Assembly: GCA_965227515.1 (NCBI GenBank)
Contig: CBDDFZ010000002.1
Span: 480,001-544,000, forward strand
Reading direction: 5' to 3'
Source: Alphaproteobacteria bacterium
GTDB lineage: Bacteria > Pseudomonadota > Alphaproteobacteria > CALKHQ01
DNA length: 64,000 nucleotides
This document shows positions 10,199 to 19,979 of this stretch, one piece after another (within the stretch, counting starts at the first letter, position 1; the number at the start of each line of letters is the position of its first letter). The translations under genes and the position numbers were made by a program. The notes under the pieces were generated by a model. That model searched no databases. It was not told the origin of the DNA and worked only from the letters and a program-made list of their open reading frames with translations.

Positions 10199-10990
10199 AT
10201 GAACGCCCGCGAACGCCAGGACCAGATCGTACGCAGTATCGCACAGCACGGCTTCGTGTCGGTGGAGGCGCTGGCCGGCCAGTTCGACGTGACGCCGCAG
10301 ACGATCCGCCGCGACATCGGCAAGCTGCACGAGGACGGGCGGGTGCGCCGTTTCCACGGCGGGGCGGCCGCGGTCTCGACAGTGGAGAACCTGGCCTACA
10401 GCGCGCGCCAGGTGCTGTGCCACCGCGAGAAGCAGGCGATCGCCACGACGGCCGCCAAGCTGGTGCCGGACAACGCGTCGCTGATCCTCAACATCGGCAC
10501 CACCACCGAGGAGGTGGCCAAGGCGCTGGTGCGGGCACGCCAGGGGCTGCGCATCATCACCAACAACATGAACGTCGCCACCATCGTGCAGCCGAAGACC
10601 GACTTCGAGGTCTATATCGCCGGCGGCTTCGTGCGCTCGCGCGATGGCGGCGTGGTGGGCGAGGACACGCTTGGCTTCTTCAGCCAGTTCAAGGTCGACA
10701 TCGCCATCATCGGCATCAGCGCCATCGACCCGGACGACGGCGCGATGCTGGACTACGACTACCGCGAGGTGCAGGTGTCGCGGCAGATCATCTCCAGCGC
10801 GCGGGCGGTGTGGCTGGTGGCCGACAGCTCCAAGTTCGGGCGCCAGGCGCCGATGCGGCTCGCCAACCTGACCGAGATGGACCGTCTGGTGACCGACCGG
10901 CCGCCGCCGGCGGTGCTGGTCGAGGCGATGCGGGCCGCCGGCCGCGACGTGGTGGTGGCCGATGGCGTGCGCCCCGAAACCGAGCAATGA
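10199..10990 (+). CDS. DeoR/GlpR-family transcriptional regulator
   Basis: HTH VTPQTIRRD...RFHGGA; LILNIGTTT; ADSSKFGR. Confidence 0.93.
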   Translation: MNARERQDQIVRSIAQHGFVSVEALAGQFDVTPQTIRRDIGKLHEDGRVRRFHGGAAAVSTVENLAYSARQVLCHREKQAIATTAAKLVPDNASLILNIGTTTEEVAKALVRARQGLRIITNNMNVATIVQPKTDFEVYIAGGFVRSRDGGVVGEDTLGFFSQFKVDIAIIGISAIDPDDGAMLDYDYREVQVSRQIISSARAVWLVADSSKFGRQAPMRLANLTEMDRLVTDRPPPAVLVEAMRAAGRDVVVADGVRPETEQ

Positions 10991-11220
10991 GTGCGAGCAC
11001 TGAAAGCGAATATTGAGGGCGAGGACTTGGCGCGAGGACTGACGGGCATGGGCCCGCCCCAGCGCGCATGCCCGGCGCGCGTCGCGTCGCCGGCACGCCC
11101 CACCGCCCGCACGCTCCACCCGAAACCAGGTCCGGCACGCATTGGAATGCCAGCCGGGTTGGTCTATATCGGTTGTGCCCTGTCGGGCTGGGCGCACGTG
11201 CCATTTCCGGGCCACGCCAC

Positions 11221-11296
11221 GCCGGCTTAGCTCAGTTGGTAGAGCGGCTGATTTGTAATCAGTAGGTCGGGGGTTCGAGTCCCTCAGCCGGCACCA
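11221..11296 (+). tRNA. tRNA-Thr (anticodon TGT)
   Basis: Acceptor stem GCCGGCT/AGCCGGC, D-arm TAGCTCAGTTGGTAGAGC, anticodon loop TTTGTAA, T-arm GGTTCGAGTCC, encoded CCA. Confidence 0.97.
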
Positions 11297-11306
11297 AGCC
11301 TCTGAT

Positions 11307-11510
11307 TGTCCGACCCTGAGACATAGGTAACAGTTTGTACCTGAGACATGGGTGACAACCTCGTGCCGAACGGGTTTTCGCGTGCCAGCAGTGTTTTCTG
11401 CTCCAGGTCGATATGACCCGGATCGCAGCGCCTGAAGCCTATGTGGAAAATGACGTCGTCGACTCCCTTGAAATCGAGCCGCAGCCCGGCCATCACGGTC
11501 GCGACGATGA
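11307..11510 (-). mobile_element. IS481-family remnant (terminal repeat plus degenerate transposase C-terminus)
   Basis: End begins TGT and carries the internal direct repeat CTGAGACATAGGTAACA/CTGAGACATGGGTGACA; translation ...GHIDLEQKTL...NPFGTRLSPMS resembles the IS481 transposase tail. Confidence 0.75.
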
Positions 11511-11567
11511 TGCGCGCGGTATCGGCCATGATATAGTGACGGCCGGTGACGTGGGAGGAACAGGACG

Positions 11568-12650
11568 ATGCATAGCGCGGCGCTACGGGCGCAGGAGCTG
11601 AACCCGGGCCGGCTGACGGCGCTCTATCGCCGGGAGTTCGAACTCAGCAAGGTCGCGCGCGGCGAGACCATCTGCTGCGTGTCGGACCTGTCGACCCGGC
11701 GCGAGTACATCCAGGCCGCATTCGCGGCGGCCGACGATCTCGGCGCCGACGTCTACGAGATGTGCGTCAACAGCATCCCGTCTTGGACCAAGGTCGGCGT
11801 CGCCACCGTCGGCCAATGCAAGGGCACGCTGGAGGCGGTGAAGGCCGCCGACCTGATCGTCGTCTTCCATGTGCCGCTGTTCACCCGCTGGCTGAAGGAG
11901 GTGATGGACGTCGGCGCGCGGGTCCTGATGATCATCGATGCGCCGGACGATCTGGAACAGCTGATGTCGCCGCCGGGCCTGAAGGAAGCGTGCGTCCACG
12001 CCCACAAGCTCTATGAGAGGACCCGAGAGGTGCACGTCACCTCGGACGCGGGCACCGACCTGACCTACACCCGCGGCGAGTACCCGGTCATGACCCAGTG
12101 GGGCTTTGCCGACGAGCCGGGCCACTTCGACCACTGGGGCGGCGGGCACATCCACACCTTCCCCAACGAGGGATCGGCCAACGGCACCGTGGTGATGCAG
12201 CCGGGCGACATCGTGATCCTGCCCTATTGCCGGTACGTGCACGACGAGGTGCGGCTGGAGATTCGCGACGGCTTCATTCGCAATATCCAGGGCGGTCTCG
12301 ATGCCAAGCTGATGCGCGACTGGCTGGACGACAACCGCGAGAGCGAGGACGACATGGACCCCTTTGCCGTGTCGCACCTGGGCTGGGGCCTCAACCCGCA
12401 GGCGCTGTGGTACGGCATCGCGCTGAATGGCGACGAGCCGGAGCGCAGCCGGGCCGCCGCGCGCACCTTCCCCGGCAACTTCCTGTTCTCCACCGGCCCC
12501 AACACCCAGGGCGGCGGCAAGCGGGCGACCCGCGGCCACTATGACGTGCCCATGCGCGACTGCACGATCACGCTGGACAACCAGACCGTGGTCGAGCGTG
12601 GGCGGATCGTCGACCCCAACATGATCGTGGAGCGCGTGCGCGTCGTCTGA
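11568..12650 (+). CDS. NicX-like 2,5-dihydroxypyridine 5,6-dioxygenase family protein (M29-peptidase fold)
   Basis: SHLGWGLNP...GNFLFSTGPN...GHYDVPMR with His and HxD Fe ligands as in NicX; GFADEPGHFDHW. Confidence 0.72.
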   Translation: MHSAALRAQELNPGRLTALYRREFELSKVARGETICCVSDLSTRREYIQAAFAAADDLGADVYEMCVNSIPSWTKVGVATVGQCKGTLEAVKAADLIVVFHVPLFTRWLKEVMDVGARVLMIIDAPDDLEQLMSPPGLKEACVHAHKLYERTREVHVTSDAGTDLTYTRGEYPVMTQWGFADEPGHFDHWGGGHIHTFPNEGSANGTVVMQPGDIVILPYCRYVHDEVRLEIRDGFIRNIQGGLDAKLMRDWLDDNRESEDDMDPFAVSHLGWGLNPQALWYGIALNGDEPERSRAAARTFPGNFLFSTGPNTQGGGKRATRGHYDVPMRDCTITLDNQTVVERGRIVDPNMIVERVRVV

Positions 12651-12693
12651 CGCCTTTTTCGCCACCTGATGATCGTCCGGGGGGAGGGGCGCC

Positions 12694-13155
12694 ATGCATC
12701 TGGAAGACAGCTTCACGGTCAAAGCGCCGCGCGACCGGGTCTGGCGGCTGATCCGCGATCCGGCCGAGATGATGCCGTGCGTGCCCGGCTGCCACGGCAT
12801 CGAGAAGGTTGGCGAGACCCGCTACAAGGCGGACATCGAGGCCGCTGTCGGCCCGATCAAGGCGCGCTTCCGCATCGACGTCGAGATCACCGAGGAGACG
12901 CCGGGACACGAGGTCAAGTCGACCTCCCAGGGCGAGGAGGGGTCGCGCGCCAGCGTGCTGAGATCCACCAACATCCTGCGCCTGACGGAGGAGACGCCCG
13001 GTGTCACCGAGGTGTACTACGCGGCCGACGTCTCGATCACCGGTCGGCTTGGCCGGTATGGCCTCGGTATGATGAAGAAGATCGCCGCACGCAAGGCGAA
13101 GCAGTTCGAGGAAGCCTTCACGGCGCGCGCCGAGGCGACCGAGCCCGCGCAATGA
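12694..13155 (+). CDS. CoxG/SRPBCC-family subunit
   Basis: APRDRVW...DPAEMMPCVPGC...VGPIKARF...ADVSITGRLGRYG. Confidence 0.88.
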   Translation: MHLEDSFTVKAPRDRVWRLIRDPAEMMPCVPGCHGIEKVGETRYKADIEAAVGPIKARFRIDVEITEETPGHEVKSTSQGEEGSRASVLRSTNILRLTEETPGVTEVYYAADVSITGRLGRYGLGMMKKIAARKAKQFEEAFTARAEATEPAQ

Positions 13156-14021
13156 CGGCGATGCAATTCCACAAGCCGTCCACTGTGGAGGAAGCAACGG
13201 CATTGCTCGCCGATGCCGGGGAGGGCGGGCGCGCGCTCGCCGGCGGCGCGACGCTGGTTGCGATGATGAATGCCGGCCTGGTCGAGCCTACCTGCTTGGT
13301 CAGCCTGGACGGCATTGCCGAACTGACGGCGTTCGGGCGCGAACCTGATGGCAGCGCGCGGATCGGCGCGATGCGGCGCCATCGCCAGACCGCGTTCGAG
13401 AGCGACCTGACCGACGGCCAGACCGTCATCAGCCGGGCTGCGGCGCAGATCGCCAACCCGCCGGTCAGGAACATGGGCACCATCGGCGGGTCGATTTCCT
13501 TTGCCGACCCGGCGGCCGACTACCCACCGGCCCTGGTCGCCGCCGATGCGTCGGTGGAGATCGCCGGTACCGGCGGGCGCCGCACGGTCGCGGCCGAGGA
13601 CTTCTTCCTCGGCTGGTACGAGACGGCGCTTGATACGGGCGAGATCGTCACCGCCGTGCTGGTGCCGGCAGCACCCGCCGGCTCGCGCGGCCATTACACC
13701 AAGCTCGCCCGCGTTGCCGGCGATTTTGCGATTGCCTCGGTGGCGCTTTCCATCGCGATGGCCGACGGCGCGGTCAGCCACCTGCGCATGGCGGTCGGCG
13801 GTTGTGGCGGCGGGCCGGTCCGGGTGCTGGAGGCCGAAGCGCGGCTGATCGGTGCGCCCTTGAGCGATGCATCGATGGCCGAGGCCGCCGAGATGATCGT
13901 CGATGCGCTCGATCCGGTGGACGACGTTCGCGCCAGCGCCGACTATCGCTGCCGGGTTGTGCCGCGGTTGCTGCGGCAGGCGCTGCTGGAGGCCAGCGCG
14001 CCGGTGGACCGGGCGGCATGA
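13152..14021 (+). CDS. Molybdenum hydroxylase FAD-binding subunit (CoxM-like)
   Basis: ALAGGATL, VRNMGTIGGS, ADPAAD, DDVRASADYR; ATGA overlap with coxG. Confidence 0.9.
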   Translation: MTAMQFHKPSTVEEATALLADAGEGGRALAGGATLVAMMNAGLVEPTCLVSLDGIAELTAFGREPDGSARIGAMRRHRQTAFESDLTDGQTVISRAAAQIANPPVRNMGTIGGSISFADPAADYPPALVAADASVEIAGTGGRRTVAAEDFFLGWYETALDTGEIVTAVLVPAAPAGSRGHYTKLARVAGDFAIASVALSIAMADGAVSHLRMAVGGCGGGPVRVLEAEARLIGAPLSDASMAEAAEMIVDALDPVDDVRASADYRCRVVPRLLRQALLEASAPVDRAA

Positions 14022-14488
14022 GCGAAACGCTGAGCCTGACGGTCAATGGTGCCGAGCGCACGGTCGATGCGCCGGCGCCAGCCACATTGCTGACCGTGCT
14101 GCGCGATCAGCTCGGCCTGACCGGCGCCAAGCGCGGCTGCAACCAGGGTGTGTGCGGCGCCTGCACGGTGCTGGTCGACGGCGCGCCGGTGCGCGCCTGC
14201 CTGTCGCTGGCGGCCAACTGCGCCGACCGCGACATCACCACCATCGAGGGTCTTGCCGTCGACGGTGCGCTGGCCCCGGTGCAGCAGGCGTTCGTTGAGA
14301 CCGGCGCGGTGCAGTGCGGCTTCTGCACGTCGGGGGTGCTGCTGGCAGCCCACGCATTTCTCCGCAGCAACCGGCGCCCGTCCGCCGATGACGTGCGCCA
14401 GGCGCTGTCGGGCAATCTCTGCCGCTGCTCCGGCTACACCAAGATCGTCGAAGCGGTGCTGCAGGCCGCTGGGGTGCCGGACGCATGA
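14018..14488 (+). CDS. Molybdenum hydroxylase [2Fe-2S] subunit (CoxS-like)
   Basis: GCNQGVCGACTV...C, QCGFCT, GNLCRCSGY. Confidence 0.93.
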   Translation: MSETLSLTVNGAERTVDAPAPATLLTVLRDQLGLTGAKRGCNQGVCGACTVLVDGAPVRACLSLAANCADRDITTIEGLAVDGALAPVQQAFVETGAVQCGFCTSGVLLAAHAFLRSNRRPSADDVRQALSGNLCRCSGYTKIVEAVLQAAGVPDA

Positions 14489-16803
14489 GTGCCCAACCCG
14501 ATACCGCAGTCGGCGCCAGTGTCCCGCGGCTGGAAATCCGCGAGAAGGTCACCGGCACCGCGGAGTACATCGCCGACATGGCGCGGCCGGGCATGCTGCA
14601 CGCCGCAATCGCGCAGGCCGACGTGCCGCATGCGCGGATCGCCGGCTACGACACGGAGGCTGCGCTGGCGGTGCCCGGTGTCGTCGCGGTACTGACCGGC
14701 GACGACTTCCCCGACGGCCGGATGGGCGCGTTCATCAAGGACGAGCATGCCATCGCCAAGGGCAAGGTGCGTTACGTCGGCGAGCCGGTCGCCGTGGTGG
14801 CCGCCGAGACCGAGGATGCCGCGCGCCGCGCCGCCCGGCTGGTACGTGTCGACTACGAGGAATTGCCGGCCATCCTGAGCCCTGAAGAGGGGCTGGCCGA
14901 AGGCGCCGCGATCATCCACGAGGATCTGGCCGACTACCTGAAGGTCTTCCCGGCGATCTGCGGCGGCAATCTCGCCTCCGAGACCGAGCTCAGCGAGGGC
15001 GATGTCGGCGCGGGTTTCGCCGGGGCCGACATCGTGGTCGAGGGGGAATACGAGACAGCGCCACAGGCCCACCTCGCCATCGAGCCGTGCGGCGCCCTGG
15101 CCGAGATCGATGCGCAGGGGCGGGTGACTTTGTGGTCGGCAAACCAGTCGGTGTTCCGCGTCCAGGCCAATGTCTGCGAGAGCCTGCAATTGCCGATGAG
15201 CAAGCTGCGCTCGCTGACCCCGCGCATCGGCGGCGGCTTCGGCAACAAGATGGAGCCGCACGTCCAGCCGATTGTGGTGCGGCTGGCGCAAGCGACCGGC
15301 CGGCCGGTCAAGCTGATCCTGAGCCGCGAAGAGGACTTCGAGTGCGTGCGCGCGCGCCATCCCTACAAGGTGCGCTGCAAGACCGGCGCGACGAGTGACG
15401 GCACCATTGTCGCGCGCGAGGTGGAGGTGCTGCTCGACTGCGGGGCCTATGGCGACGACAGCCCCGGCGTGCTCGGCTACAGCCTGTTGATGGCGCGCGG
15501 GCCCTATCGCATCCCCAATGTCCGCTGCCACGGCAAGCTGGTCTACACCAACAAGCTCAGGTTCGGGGCGTTTCGCGGCTTCGGCAACCCGCAGGTGGCC
15601 TTTGCCGGCGAAACCCAGATCGACGAGATCGCCGGGCGCCTGGGCATGGACCCGATCGACCTGCGCCTGCGCAATCTCTGCCAGCCGGGCGACCCATGGT
15701 TCGGTGGGGCCACCGTGGCCTCGAACGGGCTCAGCGACTGCATCGAGGAGGCGCGCGCGGCCTCGGGCTGGGACCGGCGCGCCGCCGACACGCCCACGCC
15801 GGGCAAGCGCCGCGCCAAGGGTGTGGCCATCGGCGCCCACATCTCCGGTCTGCTCGGCACCGGCGCCATCGTGCGGGTGCTGGAGGACGGCTCGGTGGTG
15901 CTGAACACCGGCGCGGTCGACATCGGCCAGGGCTCCGACACCGTGCTGGTCCAGATGTGCGCCGAGGCCCTGAAGGTGCCGGTCGACCGGGTCAGCCTGG
16001 CGAGCCCGGACACCGACGGCTCGCCCTACAATTGGGGCACGACGGCCAGCCGGGTCACCTATACGACCGGGCGGGCGGTGGTCGCCGCCGCCGGCGAGGT
16101 CGAGAAGCAACTGAAGACCCATGCCGCCCAGATGCTGGAATGCGCCGAAGCCGATGTTGAGCTCAGGCCCGGCGGTGCGGTCGGCGTTACCGGCACCGAC
16201 CGGCAAGTCTCGTTCCTGGAGATATCGTTGCGCGCCCACTGGGCGGCGGGCGGGCCGATTGTCGGCCACAACACCTGGGTGTTCGACCAGCCGACCATCG
16301 ATCCAAAGCGCGCCGTGGCCAAGGGACTGCCGTTCCCGCAGATCGGCGTCTACAGCTTCGGCTGCGTGATCGTCGATGTCGAGATCGATGACGCGAGCGG
16401 CAAGGCGGAGGTGCGCGAGGCGTGGTCGGCGATGGATGTGGGCCGCGCGGTCAACCCGTCATTGGTCGAGGGCCAGATCCAGGGCGGGTTCGTGCAGGGC
16501 CAGGGCTTCGCGCTGACCGAGGAGATGGTGTGGGACGGGGCCAAATTGGCCAACCCGACGCTGTTGGACTACAAGGTGCCGACCACGCTGGATGTGCCGC
16601 ACGCGATCCACCCGATCATCGTGGAGGCGGCGGAGCCGGACGGCCCGTTCGGCGCCAAGGGCGTTGGCGAGATCTGCCTGGTGCCGGTGCCGGCCGCCAT
16701 CGCGAACGCGGTCAACGCGGCAACCGGCGCCACGATGCGCGCGCTGCCGCTGACGCCGGAGAGAATCCTCACCGCAATGCTGGACCATGCCGATGCGCCC
16801 TGA
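14485..16803 (+). CDS. Xanthine-oxidase-family molybdopterin-binding large subunit
   Basis: KVTGTAEY, IGGGFGNK, AFRGFG, DIGQGS, GQIQGG, GAKGVGE. Confidence 0.92.
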   Translation: MSAQPDTAVGASVPRLEIREKVTGTAEYIADMARPGMLHAAIAQADVPHARIAGYDTEAALAVPGVVAVLTGDDFPDGRMGAFIKDEHAIAKGKVRYVGEPVAVVAAETEDAARRAARLVRVDYEELPAILSPEEGLAEGAAIIHEDLADYLKVFPAICGGNLASETELSEGDVGAGFAGADIVVEGEYETAPQAHLAIEPCGALAEIDAQGRVTLWSANQSVFRVQANVCESLQLPMSKLRSLTPRIGGGFGNKMEPHVQPIVVRLAQATGRPVKLILSREEDFECVRARHPYKVRCKTGATSDGTIVAREVEVLLDCGAYGDDSPGVLGYSLLMARGPYRIPNVRCHGKLVYTNKLRFGAFRGFGNPQVAFAGETQIDEIAGRLGMDPIDLRLRNLCQPGDPWFGGATVASNGLSDCIEEARAASGWDRRAADTPTPGKRRAKGVAIGAHISGLLGTGAIVRVLEDGSVVLNTGAVDIGQGSDTVLVQMCAEALKVPVDRVSLASPDTDGSPYNWGTTASRVTYTTGRAVVAAAGEVEKQLKTHAAQMLECAEADVELRPGGAVGVTGTDRQVSFLEISLRAHWAAGGPIVGHNTWVFDQPTIDPKRAVAKGLPFPQIGVYSFGCVIVDVEIDDASGKAEVREAWSAMDVGRAVNPSLVEGQIQGGFVQGQGFALTEEMVWDGAKLANPTLLDYKVPTTLDVPHAIHPIIVEAAEPDGPFGAKGVGEICLVPVPAAIANAVNAATGATMRALPLTPERILTAMLDHADAP

Positions 16804-17638
16804 AGACTACCCACCGCAAGAGCCGTTCTCCGAACTCGGCGCCAAGTACCACGCCGCGCTGATGGCCCGGCCGGCGCCCGCGCCGTCGATCGAGGTGCAG
16901 CACGGCGACGATGCCTATCAGTCGATTGCGGTCTACGCGGCCGACAAGCCAAGCGGCCCCGTGCTGTGCGTCATCCACGGCGGCGGCTGGACCAACGGGT
17001 ACAAGGAGTGGATGGCGTTCATGGCGCCGGCGCTGACCGCGCGCGGCATCACCATGGTCAGCCTCGGCTATCGGCTGGCGCCGCAGCACATATTCCCCGC
17101 CGGGTTGCAGGACTGCCAGGCCGGCATCGCCGCCGCCCATGCCCGGGTGGCGGAAGTCGGTGGCGACCCGGCGCGCATCTTCGTTGGCGGCCATTCCGCC
17201 GGTGGCCATTACACCGCCTTGCTGGCACTGGAGCAGAATTGGCAGGGCGCGCACGGCCTGCCCCTCGACGTCATCAAGGGCGCGTTGCCGATCTCCGGCA
17301 CCTTCTATTTCGGCGAGGGGTCCGGCCTGTCGATGCGGCCGCGCTTTCTCGGCCCGGAAGGACACGGCCCGGAAGGACATGGCCGTGACGAGGCGGCCTC
17401 TGCCATGGGCCAGGTCCACGCAGGCGCGCCGCCGTTCCTGGTCGCCTGGGGCGCGCGCGACTTCCCGCATCTGGCCCGCCAGAACCAGGAGTTCGTGGCC
17501 GCCCTGAAGAAGGCGGGCGTCGACGTCACGGAAATCGAAATCGCCGATGCCGACCATCTCGGCGCCAGCTATGCCGCCGGGGAGCCGGACGGCCCGTGGA
17601 TTGACGCCGCCGTCGGCTTCATGGAAACACATGGATGA
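16787..17638 (+). CDS. Alpha/beta hydrolase (HSL/arylformamidase-like)
   Basis: IHGGGW oxyanion motif, GHSAG nucleophile elbow, ADHL catalytic His. Confidence 0.85.
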   Translation: MPMRPEDYPPQEPFSELGAKYHAALMARPAPAPSIEVQHGDDAYQSIAVYAADKPSGPVLCVIHGGGWTNGYKEWMAFMAPALTARGITMVSLGYRLAPQHIFPAGLQDCQAGIAAAHARVAEVGGDPARIFVGGHSAGGHYTALLALEQNWQGAHGLPLDVIKGALPISGTFYFGEGSGLSMRPRFLGPEGHGPEGHGRDEAASAMGQVHAGAPPFLVAWGARDFPHLARQNQEFVAALKKAGVDVTEIEIADADHLGASYAAGEPDGPWIDAAVGFMETHG

Positions 17639-17694
17639 ACCATCGCCGCAACGCGAGAACGGCCGACACGGCCAGACCTAGGGGGAACACCGCC

Positions 17695-18858
17695 ATGAAA
17701 CTGTTCGCATCTGGAATGGCTGCCGCCGCGGCCTGCCTCATGGCAACGGCGGTCCAGGCGCAAGAACCGGTGCGCATCGGCTATTCGATTTCCAACACCG
17801 GGCTGTTCTCTCAAGCCGCACCCTCCCAGGTCACCGCATACGAGCTTTGGGCCGACCAGGTGAACGCGGCCGGCGGCTTGGACGTCGCCGGCGAGCTTCG
17901 GCCGGTGGAACTGGTCTGGTACGACGATGAGTCCGACCCGGCCAAGGCGGCGCAGATCTATGAGCGTCTGATCTCCGAGGACGAGGTCGACCTGTTGCTG
18001 GCGCCATGGGGCACGCCGCATCACCTGAACGTGGCCGGCGTTGTGGAGAGCCACGGCTTCCCGATGGTCGGCAACACGGCCGCTTCCGTGGCGATCCGCG
18101 AGGTCCAGCCCGGCAACATCTGGTTTCCGACCTCGGCGATCCCGGACAAGATCGGGCCGGAGCTGGCGGCGCTCGCGAAGTCGTCCGGCGTCACCTCGGT
18201 TGCGGTCATCGCCAACGTGCTGCCGTTCGCCCAGGAGAACTTGGAATTCCTGATCCCGGCGCTGGAGGCGGAAGGGATCGATGTCGTGGTCAACGAGAGC
18301 TATCCGCCGGATATCGCCGACATGACCGCGCTGCTGACTCAGGTCAAGGAATCCGGGGCAGATGGCGTGATCGCGCTGTCCTACCCGTCGGACTCCTTCC
18401 TCTACATGGGCCAGGCGACCGAGCTCGGCATCGACGCACCGTTCCAGTTCCTGCTGGTCGGGCCGACGATCGCGGCCTTCCAGGGCGCCTTCGTCGAGCT
18501 GGCCGACGGCATCGTCACCCTGGGCCACTGGAGCCCCTATCAGGAGGCATGGCCGCGCGGGCAGGCATTCTTCGACGCCTATGTGCAGTCCTATGGCATG
18601 ACGCCGGACTACCTGGACTCCGCGCTCGCCTACATGTCGGCGGAAATCCTGCAGCAGGCGGTGGCCGTCGCCGGGCTGGACCACGATGCTCTGCGCGAGG
18701 CGATCTCGACCATGACCTTCGACACCATCAACGGGCCGGTGAAGTTCGAGGGCGTGGAGAACGTCGTCACGCCGACCGCGTTCCTGCAGCTGCAAGGCGG
18801 CGAGATGCACCTGATCTGGCCGGGGGAGATCGCGACGTCGGCGTTCGAGGCGCGGTGA
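17695..18858 (+). CDS. LIV-type (HAAT) ABC transporter substrate-binding protein
   Basis: Signal peptide, PVRIGYS, VNAAGG, YDDESDP, TINGPVKF. Confidence 0.9.
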   Translation: MKLFASGMAAAAACLMATAVQAQEPVRIGYSISNTGLFSQAAPSQVTAYELWADQVNAAGGLDVAGELRPVELVWYDDESDPAKAAQIYERLISEDEVDLLLAPWGTPHHLNVAGVVESHGFPMVGNTAASVAIREVQPGNIWFPTSAIPDKIGPELAALAKSSGVTSVAVIANVLPFAQENLEFLIPALEAEGIDVVVNESYPPDIADMTALLTQVKESGADGVIALSYPSDSFLYMGQATELGIDAPFQFLLVGPTIAAFQGAFVELADGIVTLGHWSPYQEAWPRGQAFFDAYVQSYGMTPDYLDSALAYMSAEILQQAVAVAGLDHDALREAISTMTFDTINGPVKFEGVENVVTPTAFLQLQGGEMHLIWPGEIATSAFEAR

Positions 18859-18889
18859 CGGCTGGGTGCTGATTGCCAACAACCAAAGT

Positions 18890-19060
18890 GTCGCCCTCGC
18901 GCTTGTCGCGAGGGCCCATCTGTGACCAACGCGCCCTTCGGCTGTCGGGAGAGCGTCTTCGGTTGAGGGGAGGTTAGCTTCCCTCCTAGCTCGGCGAGTT
19001 ATCTGACCCTTCCGGGCGATTTGGACTGGCATGGGTCCTCGCCACAAGGGCGAGGACGAC
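18890..19060. repeat. Paired-hairpin REP-like element inside the transporter operon
   Basis: GTCGCCCTCGCGCTTGTCGCGAGGGCCCAT ... ATGGGTCCTCGCCACAAGGGCGAGGACGAC. Confidence 0.7.
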
Positions 19061-19088
19061 AGCAAGAAGAAGTGCGGAGCCTCCTTCC

Positions 19089-19979
19089 CTGGACATCATC
19101 CTCTCACCGCAGCTTCTGTTCTCCGCCCTTGTCCTGGGGGCGCTCTATGGCCTGATCGCGCTGGGGCTGAACCTGGTCTACGGCACCATGCGCCTGCTCA
19201 ACATCGCGCATGGCGACCTGGTGATGATCGGCGCTTACGCGGCGTTCTGGCTGATCACCCTGACCGGCGTGTCGCCGCTGATCGGGCTGCCGCTGATCGG
19301 CGCGCTGACCGGCGGGCTCGGCATCGTGCTCTACCTGGCCCTGTTTCGCGGCCAGCTCTCCGGCCGCCGCCCGATGGCGCGCATCGAGGCCAACTCGCTG
19401 CTGCTGTTCTTCGGCGTGTCGGCGATCCTGCAGAACGTCATGGCGCTGGCCTTCACCTCCACCTCGCGCGCCTACCAGCACCTGGACGACGTCTACACCA
19501 TTGCCGGGGTCGCGATGACCGGCAACCGGATCGCGGCGCTGGTGGTCGCGGTGGTGGTGGTGGCCGGCGTCATGATCTTCCTGCGCGCGACCTTCTACGG
19601 CCTGGCGGTATCGGCGCTGATCCAGAACCGGGATGCGGCCAGGATCGTCGGCATCAACGTCTCGCGGGTCCAGTTGGCGAGCTTCGCGATCGGCTTCGCG
19701 GTCGCCGGCATCGCGGGCGCGTTGATCAGCATGACCGAGCAGATCTCGCCGTTCATGGGCTTCCCGTTCACCATTGCCGCGTTCGTGGTCATCATCCTCG
19801 GCGGGCTCGGCAATATTGCCGGCGGCATCATCGCCGGCGTCCTGCTCGGCTTCGTCGAGATCTATGCCGTGGCGCTGACCTCGGCCAACTACCGGTCCAT
19901 GCTGCTCTACGGCGTGTTCGTGGCCATCCTGCTGATCCGCCCGCAAGGGCTGTTCGGCAAGGCGGTGCGCCGGACATGA
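19089..19979 (+). CDS. LivH-like ABC permease (probable CTG start)
   Basis: GALYGLIALGLNLVYGTMRLLNIAHG lies upstream of the first ATG (19188); in-frame CTG at 19089 with GGAG 9 nt upstream. Confidence 0.85.
   Translation: MDIILSPQLLFSALVLGALYGLIALGLNLVYGTMRLLNIAHGDLVMIGAYAAFWLITLTGVSPLIGLPLIGALTGGLGIVLYLALFRGQLSGRRPMARIEANSLLLFFGVSAILQNVMALAFTSTSRAYQHLDDVYTIAGVAMTGNRIAALVVAVVVVAGVMIFLRATFYGLAVSALIQNRDAARIVGINVSRVQLASFAIGFAVAGIAGALISMTEQISPFMGFPFTIAAFVVIILGGLGNIAGGIIAGVLLGFVEIYAVALTSANYRSMLLYGVFVAILLIRPQGLFGKAVRRT

Noticed and set aside
10025-11215. N-terminal extension making a 730-aa DenD fusion (similar extensions at 2300, 12669, 19031, 20068, 20886, 54506, 50759, 52005, 63301)
   Set aside because: Extensions overlap neighbouring real genes; family homology starts at the downstream start codons used above
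12694-16803. Aerobic CO dehydrogenase (coxMSL/G)
   Set aside because: The large subunit has GAFRGFG, not the AYxCSFR form I motif, and the context points to heterocycle hydroxylation
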